Source: a virus (lineage: Duplodnaviria; Heunggongvirae; Uroviricota; Caudoviricetes). Taken from it: a stretch of 15,645 bases of DNA. The notes beneath the pieces were generated by a model. The model was not told where the DNA came from, did no database searches, and worked only from the letters and a program-made list of their open reading frames with translations. The stretch covers positions 1 to 15,645 of IMG/VR virus record IMGVR_UViG_3300037454_000603. One strand, written 5' to 3'. The stretch's first letter is position 1, and each line of letters opens with the position of its first letter. Positions 6,938 through 13,849 of this stretch are shown here, in pieces. Both the position numbers and the translations under genes were made by a program.

Positions 6938-7345
6938 ATGACACAGAGAGAATTTTTTGAAGTAATCGCAAATGGCACTGGTAAGGTATCTTACAAGAAC
7001 GGTGAAAACACTGTTTTTAAGACCATTGATATCAATGACCCCGATATCAAGGAGTACGCAAAGTCGGCTATCGAGAAGCTTAATGCTAAGAACGAAAAGC
7101 GTAAGACAGAAGGAAGCAAGACCGCAAAGGAAAATGAGCCTATCAAGGCAAATATCATTAAGCTTTTTGAGGATAACCCTCAGACAGTTTATACCGCAAA
7201 GAACATTGCTGATAAGATAGGTATTTCCACACAGAAGTCTTCTGCACTTCTTCGTCAGATAGTATCAACTGGCAGAGTTGATGTTTTTGACACCAAGAAC
7301 GAAGAGAAGAAGAAGGTTAAGGGATATCAGTTTAAGGGTGAATAA
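6938..7345 (+). CDS. putative winged-helix DNA-binding protein (paralog of 4856..5275)
   Basis: Shares MT.REF, K..KRK.EGSKTAKEN..IKAN, YTA, STQK.SAL.RQ.V..G and KVKGY with 4856..5275. Confidence 0.8.
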   Translation: MTQREFFEVIANGTGKVSYKNGENTVFKTIDINDPDIKEYAKSAIEKLNAKNEKRKTEGSKTAKENEPIKANIIKLFEDNPQTVYTAKNIADKIGISTQKSSALLRQIVSTGRVDVFDTKNEEKKKVKGYQFKGE

Positions 7346-7349
7346 GATT

Positions 7350-7369
7350 AAGAGGGCATATGCCCTCTT
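7350..7369 (+). terminator. intrinsic terminator
   Basis: AAGAGGGC/GCCCTCTT plus T-tail. Confidence 0.85.
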
Positions 7370-7396
7370 TTTCTTTTTTAAAGTAATTGTTAACAA

Positions 7397-7417
7397 TGAA
7401 ATTGGATTGGCATTTCA
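7397..7417. repeat. boundary palindrome J11
   Basis: TGAAAT-tggattggc-ATTTCA. Confidence 0.9.
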
Positions 7418-7493
7418 CCGTTCATAATTCGTTAATTGTTAAAACGACGAAACTAATTTACATATAATTTACAATTAAATTTTCCAAAACCTG

Positions 7494-7522
7494 TTGACAA
7501 TTTGACTTTTATGTGCTATAAT
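7494..7522 (+). promoter_or_regulatory. sigmaA-type promoter
   Basis: TTGACA-17-TATAAT. Confidence 0.85.
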
Positions 7523-7608
7523 ATAGATACAGTAAGGGGAACGAAAACCTTACAAAACAAAGTAAAGTGACGTGTACAACACTTAAAAACCAGAAAGGAT
7601 TTGATTTT

Positions 7609-8073
7609 ATGGCAAGGATAAAAAACAGCAAGAAAGAACTTAATTTGACAGTAGATAGTAAGCAGTTCCGAGAAATTAACAGACAGAAATGTATAAGAAA
7701 GCGTGACATTCGCTCTCTCACAAAAATTGCAGACGGTTTCACTAATGCCGCAAATGATGATGAAATACTCCGTCTAGCTCGAGAGATAGTTTATCAGGGA
7801 CAGAGAAAGGAAAAAGCAATTATTAATGAAATCAATCTTACTAATATTAAAGAAAAACTTCTTGAAAATGTTAGTCAGGGAGATATGTTTACACTTGATA
7901 GTGTATATAAAATTCTTTGGGAAACCAAAACTTCCCCAAAGGGAGCACATCTTGGTCATGCACTTCTCGCCGCACTTGATGACCTTGTAAAAGACAATGT
8001 ACTTGAAAGAAAAACAATGGTGCATGATGTACCCAGTGGCACTAGCCATGTAACCGTTTATACGGTGCTTTAA
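7609..8073 (+). CDS. basic hypothetical protein with possible C-terminal winged helix
   Basis: ATG 7609 after SD GAAAGGA; C-terminal FTLDSVYKIL...LLAALDDLVKDNVLER...VYTVL resembles a wHTH (inference). Confidence 0.8.
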   Translation: MARIKNSKKELNLTVDSKQFREINRQKCIRKRDIRSLTKIADGFTNAANDDEILRLAREIVYQGQRKEKAIINEINLTNIKEKLLENVSQGDMFTLDSVYKILWETKTSPKGAHLGHALLAALDDLVKDNVLERKTMVHDVPSGTSHVTVYTVL

Positions 8074-8076
8074 TAA

Positions 8077-8100
8077 AAAGGGGTGAGAAATCACCCCTTT
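8077..8100 (+). terminator. intrinsic terminator
   Basis: AAAGGGGTGA/TCACCCCTTT with GAAA loop. Confidence 0.85.
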
Positions 8101-8124
8101 TCTTTTTGAAGTAATTGTTAACAA

Positions 8125-8145
8125 TGAAATACCAACCCCATTTCT
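8125..8145. repeat. boundary palindrome J12 (one mismatch)
   Basis: TGAAAT-accaacccc-ATTTCT. Confidence 0.8.
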
Positions 8146-8215
8146 GTAGTTACAATTCCTTAATATTTATTTTACAAAATCTTTATAAAAAATACAAGAA
8201 ATAATCCTTTTTTTC

Positions 8216-8224
8216 TGTTATAAT
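8216..8224 (+). promoter_or_regulatory. extended -10 promoter, no recognisable -35
   Basis: TGTTATAAT about 33 bp upstream of ATG 8257. Confidence 0.6.
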
Positions 8225-8256
8225 AAATATAAAGAAAACAAAAGGAGTTGTTTAAA

Positions 8257-8484
8257 ATGAAAGAAAAAATCTTTGAAAACTTAGGGTATGTAGGTTTAGC
8301 AGGGCTAATAATTGCACAATGTATCATTGGTAAATGGTACATTGCAGGTCAGGCAACTTATTTGCTTTGTAATTTAATTTTTCTGTCAAGGTCTTTCATA
8401 CTTAAAAGACCAGTAGCGGATAAGATTAAAGACAGTTCATGTACAGCAATTACAATTGGTTTAATTTTACTTGCATTAAGATAG
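8257..8484 (+). CDS. small membrane protein, about 3 hydrophobic segments
   Basis: ATG 8257 after SD AAGGAG; three hydrophobic stretches; ends at TAG. Confidence 0.8.
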   Translation: MKEKIFENLGYVGLAGLIIAQCIIGKWYIAGQATYLLCNLIFLSRSFILKRPVADKIKDSSCTAITIGLILLALR

Positions 8485-8496
8485 GGGGATTTAAAA

Positions 8497-8673
8497 ATGA
8501 ATAGATATTATTTAAGTTTTGTATGCTTAGAAACTGATTATGAATATGGCTTTACCGCGACTTGTGAAAATACAACAGAAGCAATATCAATTGTTAGAGA
8601 TAAGCTTTTTGAAATGTTAACCGCAGTACTCCCAAAAGTTACATTAGTTCTAAAAGATTTAATAATTTGTTAA
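8497..8673 (+). CDS. 58-aa hypothetical protein MNRYYLSFVCLETDYEYGF...
   Basis: Not in the track; SD AGGGGG; terminator at the stop. Confidence 0.75.
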   Translation: MNRYYLSFVCLETDYEYGFTATCENTTEAISIVRDKLFEMLTAVLPKVTLVLKDLIIC

Positions 8674-8696
8674 GAGTTGAGATTTTCTCAACTCTT
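8672..8696 (+). terminator. intrinsic terminator
   Basis: AAGAGTTGAG/CTCAACTCTT. Confidence 0.85.
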
Positions 8697-8713
8697 TTCT
8701 TATTTATGAACGA

Positions 8714-8819
8714 TGAAATCCCTTCCCTATTTCATTATTCACAATTTTTCAATACCTTGTGCCGCCTTACTAAATTTCAGCGTTCACAATTCAGACAAAT
8801 ATGAATATGTTGCCGCGGC
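8714..8819 (-). repeat. composite boundary site J13 (reversed) plus extra GC box
   Basis: Palindrome 8714-8734, GCCGCC 8761, ATTTCA 8774, second GCCGCGGC 8812-8819. Confidence 0.9.
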
Positions 8820-8854
8820 GCAACAAATTAACAAAGAGTTTACAATTATATCCC

Positions 8855-8883
8855 TTGACAAATTGATGAATATAGTGTATAAT
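8855..8883 (+). promoter_or_regulatory. sigmaA-type promoter
   Basis: TTGACA-17-TATAAT. Confidence 0.85.
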
Positions 8884-8962
8884 ATATATGTAAGGTACAG
8901 AAAGACAATGCAATACGGCATAAATCTAAACTGTATCAAAAACTGAAAGGAATGATATAAAA

Positions 8963-9703
8963 ATGAGTAGTAAATTTATGGTTCTTGACGTTGAGGGTTA
9001 TTCGGCTTGCCGTCCATATGATATCGGCTTTAAAGTTACCGATAAAAGCGGAAAGACTTTTGAAGAACATTCCGTAGCAATAATGCCTGCTACATTTGAG
9101 AATATGTGCTATAAAGCAGACAAAGCACTTGTTAAAGGTTTGTCGGGCGCACACGAGATGGCACACCGCAACATTGAAGAAATATGCAACGATACACAGG
9201 ACAAATATATTAAATGCTTTGACATAGATAAGTTCTATTTTGCATTTGTTGCTATTATTCAAAAGTACAATATTAAAAGGATATGGGCGTACAATTGCAG
9301 TTTTGACAAAGCCGCATTAAATAGGCTTTTCGGTGATGAAAAGTTCGGCGTTATAAATTCAATGGTTGAATTTTGTGATATAATTCCTGCAATACTTCAC
9401 ACAAAATTGCTGAATAAAGAATACATCGACTTTTGTAAGAAAAATAAGTTTATAACTGAAAAAGGTAACATTCAGACAAAAGCAGAAGTCGTTTACAAAT
9501 TCTTAACAGGAAATTTAAATTTTGAAGAAGAACATACTGGACTTGCCGACGTTCAGATTGAAACAGAAATTTTGCTTACTGCCATGAGAGAAAGTAAGAA
9601 TGTAAAGCGCAAGCCTTGCCAAGCATGGAAAATTATTAGAGAATTTTGCGTAGTTAATGACATTGAACTTCCAACAGTAAGTTTTGAAGAAATGATGAAT
9701 TAG
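8963..9703 (+). CDS. DEDDh-family 3'-5' exonuclease
   Basis: ExoI VLDVEG, ExoII AYNCSFD, ExoIII EHTGLADV. Confidence 0.9.
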   Translation: MSSKFMVLDVEGYSACRPYDIGFKVTDKSGKTFEEHSVAIMPATFENMCYKADKALVKGLSGAHEMAHRNIEEICNDTQDKYIKCFDIDKFYFAFVAIIQKYNIKRIWAYNCSFDKAALNRLFGDEKFGVINSMVEFCDIIPAILHTKLLNKEYIDFCKKNKFITEKGNIQTKAEVVYKFLTGNLNFEEEHTGLADVQIETEILLTAMRESKNVKRKPCQAWKIIREFCVVNDIELPTVSFEEMMN

Positions 9704-9710
9704 TTAAAAG

Positions 9711-9733
9711 ACCGCCCGCAATTCACGGGCGGT
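9711..9733 (+). terminator. intrinsic terminator
   Basis: ACCGCCCG/CGGGCGGT. Confidence 0.8.
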
Positions 9734-9758
9734 TCATTTTTGAACGTAGTGTGAATAC

Positions 9759-9824
9759 TGAAATAGTTGGTGCCACGGCACAATATTACCCAAATGTTAA
9801 CAACGAAATGCCATCCATATTTCA
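9759..9824 (+). repeat. composite boundary site J14 (convergent junction)
   Basis: TGAAAT 9759, GCCACGGC 9772, CGAAAT-N9-ATTTCA 9804-9824. Confidence 0.85.
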
Positions 9825-9840
9825 TCGTTCACAAATAAGA

Positions 9841-9865
9841 AAAGGTTCAGAATATCTGAACCTTT
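9841..9865 (-). terminator. intrinsic terminator
   Basis: AAAGGTTCAGA/TCTGAACCTTT. Confidence 0.85.
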
Positions 9866-9868
9866 CTT

Positions 9869-10069
9869 TTACCTATTATACCAGACCTTTTTATTATTGT
9901 GGTCTATTATAATATTGCCCCTGTTTGCTTTTGTATCTCCTAAGCAAACTCTCATAGCTTCCTCAATATATTGAGATTCTCTATTCCACGAGATACAAGG
10001 CGGGTTAACGATAACATGATAGCCTTTGAATTTTTCTTTAAAAACTTCACCAATTGTTTTGTTTGACAT
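9869..10069 (-). CDS. hypothetical protein
   Basis: 66 aa; SD GAAAGG; second gene of a two-gene unit. Confidence 0.8.
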   Translation of the reverse strand: MSNKTIGEVFKEKFKGYHVIVNPPCISWNRESQYIEEAMRVCLGDTKANRGNIIIDHNNKKVWYNR

Positions 10070-10084
10070 AACATCACTGCCTTT

Positions 10085-10285
10085 CTAACTTAAATCTGCA
10101 TAAAAGTTCTTGTATATTACGTAGGGACGTTCTTCTAACTGTAACATAATCAATTCAACTTCACAATCTTTTAAGTTGGGATAATATAACTTTAAATGCT
10201 CTTCTACTGCCTGAACTGCTTTTACCCATGAAGAGTAAGATTTAATTATAGTAACTCCATCGTATTGAATACATATGCTTTGCAT
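10085..10285 (-). CDS. hypothetical protein
   Basis: 66 aa; SD GAAAGGA within the shared leader module. Confidence 0.8.
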   Translation of the reverse strand: MQSICIQYDGVTIIKSYSSWVKAVQAVEEHLKLYYPNLKDCEVELIMLQLEERPYVIYKNFYADLS

Positions 10286-10338
10286 AATATCAAATCCTTT
10301 CTAGTTTTTAAGAGTTTTCTTTCTCTTGTCTTGACTAT

Positions 10339-10367
10339 ATTATAACATATAAATGTTGATTTGTCAA
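10339..10367 (-). promoter_or_regulatory. sigmaA-type promoter
   Basis: TTGACA-17-TATAAT. Confidence 0.85.
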
Positions 10368-10397
10368 GAGGTTTAATTGTAAATTATTTATATACGT

Positions 10398-10418
10398 TGA
10401 AATATTATCTCTATTTCA
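10398..10418. repeat. boundary palindrome J15
   Basis: TGAAAT-attatctct-ATTTCA. Confidence 0.9.
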
Positions 10419-10442
10419 TTATTCATATTTTATTTAAAAAGA

Positions 10443-10463
10443 AAAGAGGGCATAGCCCTCTTT
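10443..10463 (-). terminator. intrinsic terminator
   Basis: AAAGAGGGC/GCCCTCTTT. Confidence 0.85.
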
Positions 10464-10467
10464 ATTT

Positions 10468-10917
10468 TTATTCTATTTTAATATTTTTAATCTGTCCCGC
10501 AAAAAGTTTTTCACAAGAAAGTTCCTGAATTATATCTGTTATTTCATGAAAATCATTTGAATAGAGATTAGGTTCAATTGTTATTCCGTTTACTAACTGA
10601 ATTTTGATTTTAAACTTTTGAGAACTATTACTTGCGGTTTTCTTTTCTTTATTATGATATGCGTTAAATTCATAAAAAAGTGCGGCAGGAAGACAATTTT
10701 CGTTAATGGGTCTATATAAGCAATCATAAGCATCATATTGATAATAACAACTTTCCGCTTCTTTCAGAAGTGCAGTTTCATGTTCTGTACCCTCTTCCGT
10801 AATCCACTTAATTGCGTCTTCATATCCCTTTTCATTGAATATAACTAAATATATTGCGTTTTCAGCATATTCCACAGGATTATAAGAATCATTGTATGCC
10901 TTAAAATTTTCAAACAT
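10468..10917 (-). CDS. two-domain hypothetical protein (C-terminal domain similar to 11210..11617)
   Basis: 149 aa; shared leader module; own promoter and terminator. Confidence 0.85.
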   Translation of the reverse strand: MFENFKAYNDSYNPVEYAENAIYLVIFNEKGYEDAIKWITEEGTEHETALLKEAESCYYQYDAYDCLYRPINENCLPAALFYEFNAYHNKEKKTASNSSQKFKIKIQLVNGITIEPNLYSNDFHEITDIIQELSCEKLFAGQIKNIKIE

Positions 10918-10972
10918 AACATCAAGTCCTTTCTAGTTTTTTTAAGAGTTTTCTTTCTCTTATCTTGATTAT

Positions 10973-11001
10973 ATTATAGCATATTTAGGGGAATAAGTCA
11001 A
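10973..11001 (-). promoter_or_regulatory. sigmaA-type promoter
   Basis: TTGACT-17-TATAAT. Confidence 0.85.
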
Positions 11002-11041
11002 TTAATTATTTGTATTTATTTTATTGCTAAATTGTGAACTT

Positions 11042-11093
11042 GCGCCAGCACAATGTTAACCAAATATGAATGATGAAATACCACTCTATTTCG
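11042..11093 (+). repeat. degenerate composite site J16
   Basis: GCGCCAGCACAATGT 11042; TGAAAT-N8-ATTTCG 11074-11093. Confidence 0.8.
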
Positions 11094-11147
11094 TCGTTTA
11101 CATAGTATTAATATTTAAAATTCTTAACTAATTAATAAAATATTTAC

Positions 11148-11176
11148 TTGACAAAATGAGATTTATATGTTATACT
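11148..11176 (+). promoter_or_regulatory. sigmaA-type promoter
   Basis: TTGACA-17-TATACT. Confidence 0.85.
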
Positions 11177-11209
11177 ATATATAGAAAATAAAGAAAGGTG
11201 GTCATAAAT

Positions 11210-11617
11210 ATGGCTTATAAAATGTTTGATAAAAATTTTGAGGAAATTTCTATTGATGGTGAATGGCGTTATCTTTATGTTACAGACTGGGAAGATTTTG
11301 TAGAAGAATTCGGCGATACATGGATTCTGGAAGGCATTTTTGAAGATGGTGTTTATGAGTATGATGATTACTATGAGAAGTGGTCAGAACTTGCAGAAAA
11401 CTCTTTTGCTTATAAAGAAATTTTAAAAAGAGTTTCAAATAGTGTTGAAAATACTAAGAAAAGATGGGGTATTGTTGTAACACTTGATACTGGCGAAAAG
11501 ATTAAAACTAATATAGTTCCCGTTTCAATAGAAGATGTACAGGAAGCAATTGGTGTACTGGTTAAACCTAGTATTCTTGGAATGAGAATAAAAAGTATAG
11601 AAATAGTTACGGAGTAA
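11210..11617 (+). CDS. two-domain protein with acidic aromatic N-terminus
   Basis: ATG 11210 after SD GAAAGGTGG. Confidence 0.85.
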   Translation: MAYKMFDKNFEEISIDGEWRYLYVTDWEDFVEEFGDTWILEGIFEDGVYEYDDYYEKWSELAENSFAYKEILKRVSNSVENTKKRWGIVVTLDTGEKIKTNIVPVSIEDVQEAIGVLVKPSILGMRIKSIEIVTE

Positions 11618-11626
11618 TCCGTAACT
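11605..11626 (+). terminator. intrinsic terminator
   Basis: AGTTACGGA/TCCGTAACT plus T-tail. Confidence 0.85.
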
Positions 11627-11648
11627 TTTTTGAACTAAATATGAACAC

Positions 11649-11714
11649 TGAAATACTTTCCTATTTCATCATTAACATTTTGTTAAATAACTTGCGCCGC
11701 CTTACCATATTTCA
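11649..11714 (-). repeat. composite boundary site J17 (reversed)
   Basis: Palindrome 11649-11668 (N8), GCGCCGCC 11694, ATTTCA 11709. Confidence 0.9.
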
Positions 11715-11768
11715 GACTTAACATTTCATTAATAATTAAATGCTTTGACCAATTCACAAAAAGTTTAC

Positions 11769-11797
11769 TTGACAAATTCCGATTTTTAGTGTATAAT
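11769..11797 (+). promoter_or_regulatory. sigmaA-type promoter
   Basis: AAAGTTTAC-TTGACA-17-TATAAT. Confidence 0.85.
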
Positions 11798-11829
11798 ATA
11801 GTTAAAGAAAACGAAAGGAAGTGCTTTTA

Positions 11830-12192
11830 ATGGCAAGATATGATGATTTAAACGAATTTAAGAACGAACGTGAGAAAATGAACGCAATCCGTGAGAGAGT
11901 ATCAAAAGTAATCTATGAGAGAATCAAACCAGAGTTCGGTGAAGAATTTGTGCGTTACATTCCTAAAGATATTGGAATAACACCAAATGCTTCTAAGGTT
12001 GCCAAGTATACCGTAGTTGCGGACGTTGGTGATGTAAAGGACAATGGCGGGTGTGATGTCGGAGTATGTGTAGAAATCACAGTCAAGGTCAAAAAGTGGA
12101 ATACTGTTGAAACCAAATCGGACAAAATAACATACGGTATAACACTTGATGATTATGACATTGAGTTAGAAGAGGAAAAAGAGGGGGAATAA
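11830..12192 (+). CDS. hypothetical protein
   Basis: ATG 11830 after SD GAAAGGA; weak similarity to 14564..14944. Confidence 0.85.
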   Translation: MARYDDLNEFKNEREKMNAIRERVSKVIYERIKPEFGEEFVRYIPKDIGITPNASKVAKYTVVADVGDVKDNGGCDVGVCVEITVKVKKWNTVETKSDKITYGITLDDYDIELEEEKEGE

Positions 12193-12201
12193 CCCCTCTT
12201 T
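12178..12201 (+). terminator. intrinsic terminator
   Basis: AAAGAGGGG/CCCCTCTTT plus T-tail. Confidence 0.85.
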
Positions 12202-12222
12202 TTTTGAACGAAATATGAACGT

Positions 12223-12290
12223 TGAAATGGAGATGGTGCCGCGGCGCAATGTTAACTAGATATTAATAGTGAAATATCAATCATATTTCA
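12223..12290 (+). repeat. composite boundary site J18
   Basis: TGAAAT 12223, GCCGCGGC 12238, palindrome 12270-12290. Confidence 0.9.
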
Positions 12291-12344
12291 TCGTTCATAT
12301 TTTGCCAATAATTAAAAGTTTAAACTTATTAATAAAAAGTTTAC

Positions 12345-12373
12345 TTGACAAATTCTAGTTTTTAGTGTATAAT
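12345..12373 (+). promoter_or_regulatory. sigmaA-type promoter (near-copy of 11769)
   Basis: AAAGTTTAC-TTGACA-17-TATAAT. Confidence 0.85.
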
Positions 12374-12401
12374 ATAGTTAAAGAAAAGGAGTTGAGTATC
12401 A

Positions 12402-12569
12402 ATGAAATTTAAAGAATACGTCGAAGGAGTAAAGAAAATGTTAGAAGAACACCCTGATTGGGGTGAATTAGAAATGACACAAGTAGAAAGGTGGGAAGGA
12501 GAGGACGTTTGTTTGCCTTGGCATGAAGAACCTTTTATGAGTTTTGAAGATGGAAGAATATATCTTTAA
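12402..12569 (+). CDS. 55-aa acidic protein MKFKEYVEGVKKMLEEHPDWGELEM...
   Basis: Not in the track; SD AAGGAG; directly after promoter 12345-12373. Confidence 0.85.
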   Translation: MKFKEYVEGVKKMLEEHPDWGELEMTQVERWEGEDVCLPWHEEPFMSFEDGRIYL

Positions 12570-12592
12570 TAATTGAAAAGGAGAGATTTAAA

Positions 12593-12778
12593 ATGGCAAC
12601 TTACACAGTAAATTTCGCACAGTGGTTTCCCTATGAGGTAGAAGCAGATAGTCCCGAAGAAGCAATCAATATAGCGCACGAAGATTTTGTTCAGAATATG
12701 TATAGAGCAGTAGTAACCACAGATTATGATGAGGTAATAGTTGAAGATGAAGACGGCAAAGAAGTAGTACACTATTGA
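12593..12778 (+). CDS. small acidic protein with EVEADSPEEA motif
   Basis: 61 aa, 15 D/E versus 2 K/R; SD AAGGAG. Confidence 0.85.
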   Translation: MATYTVNFAQWFPYEVEADSPEEAINIAHEDFVQNMYRAVVTTDYDEVIVEDEDGKEVVHY

Positions 12779-12789
12779 GTGTACTACTT
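12762..12789 (+). terminator. intrinsic terminator
   Basis: AAGTAGTACACT/AGTGTACTACTT plus T-tail. Confidence 0.85.
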
Positions 12790-12812
12790 TTTTATTAACA
12801 GAATATGTCCGA

Positions 12813-12833
12813 TGAAATACCAACCCAATTTCA
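12813..12833. repeat. boundary palindrome J19
   Basis: TGAAAT-accaaccca-ATTTCA. Confidence 0.9.
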
Positions 12834-12916
12834 TCCTTCACACCCTCTTAATAATTAAAAGTCTTAACCAATTAATAAAATTTTAACTTTAAATCCCTTA
12901 CCAGTTAACATTTATC

Positions 12917-12925
12917 TGTTATAAT
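12917..12925 (+). promoter_or_regulatory. extended -10 promoter, degenerate -35
   Basis: TGTTATAAT; only TTACCA-like sequence near the -35 position. Confidence 0.6.
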
Positions 12926-12970
12926 AATAATGTACTTAAAGAGTACAATAAATATTAAGGAGTTGTTACA

Positions 12971-13627
12971 ATGATAAAGAAAAATTATTATTTGATGTTG
13001 GACACGGAAACGGCAGGAAGTCTTAATAAACCATTAGTTTATGATATTGGCTTGGCAATAATCGACCGTAAAGGAAAAATTTACAAGTCTTATTCTCTTG
13101 TAATTTCAGAAATCTTTTACGGAGAAAAAGACCTCATGAAGTCAGCCTATTATGCCAAAAAAATTCCAATGTATTTAGATCATATTAAACAAGGTAAAAA
13201 AACCGTTACAAGTTTTTGGCAAATGAAACGACTTATTGAAAAGCTTTTCACGCTTTACAACATTAAAGCGGTGGTTGCCCATAATGCAAGTTTTGACATT
13301 AAAGCACTTAACAATACAATTAGCTTTTTATCTAATGGAAGTGAAAAATTTTTCTTTGATAGTAATGTCAATATTTGGTGTACTCTTGCTATGGCAAGGA
13401 GTACAATTTGCAAACAGCCAACTTATATAAAGTGGTGTAAAGAACACGGTTATTATTCGCGGAGAGGGGCGAGGGCAACGGCAGAAATTTTGTATAGGTT
13501 TATTAGTGGCAACAATAGTTTCATTGAATACCATACGGGATTGCAGGATGTTTTAATTGAAAAAGAAATTTTTGTTAGGTGTATGAGACAGCATAAGAAA
13601 ATGAACAAAAACCCAGTTAATTGGTAG
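12971..13627 (+). CDS. DEDDh-family 3'-5' exonuclease (paralog of 8963..9703)
   Basis: ExoI MLDTETAG, ExoII AHNASFD, ExoIII YHTGLQDV. Confidence 0.9.
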   Translation: MIKKNYYLMLDTETAGSLNKPLVYDIGLAIIDRKGKIYKSYSLVISEIFYGEKDLMKSAYYAKKIPMYLDHIKQGKKTVTSFWQMKRLIEKLFTLYNIKAVVAHNASFDIKALNNTISFLSNGSEKFFFDSNVNIWCTLAMARSTICKQPTYIKWCKEHGYYSRRGARATAEILYRFISGNNSFIEYHTGLQDVLIEKEIFVRCMRQHKKMNKNPVNW

Positions 13628-13631
13628 AATT

Positions 13632-13655
13632 TAAGTGGCGAGAAATTGCCACTTA
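13632..13655 (+). terminator. intrinsic terminator
   Basis: TAAGTGGC/GCCACTTA plus T-tail. Confidence 0.8.
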
Positions 13656-13674
13656 TTTCTTTTTTTATTAATAT

Positions 13675-13740
13675 TGAAATAGTTGGTGTCGCGGCACAAT
13701 GTTAACCAATTGTAAATGTAGAAATAGTTGCACTATTTCA
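13675..13740 (+). repeat. composite boundary site J20
   Basis: TGAAAT 13675, GTCGCGGC 13688, AGAAAT-N9-ATTTCA 13720-13740. Confidence 0.85.
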
Positions 13741-13794
13741 TCATTCACTGAATATTAATAATTAAAAGTCTTAACTAATTAAAGAAAGTTTAAC

Positions 13795-13823
13795 TTGACA
13801 TTTTAGAATAGTTGTGATATAAT
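13795..13823 (+). promoter_or_regulatory. sigmaA-type promoter
   Basis: TTGACA-17-TATAAT. Confidence 0.85.
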
Positions 13824-13849
13824 GAAGTTAAAGAAAAGGGGTGAGTTAA

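Noticed and set aside
1262-13627. TAG-recoded genetic code (suggested by the open frame past TAG 1303-1301 and in-frame 8484/8497)
   Set aside because: The exonucleases end in TAG immediately followed by terminators (9703, 13627), and 8497 has its own SD; the standard code fits.
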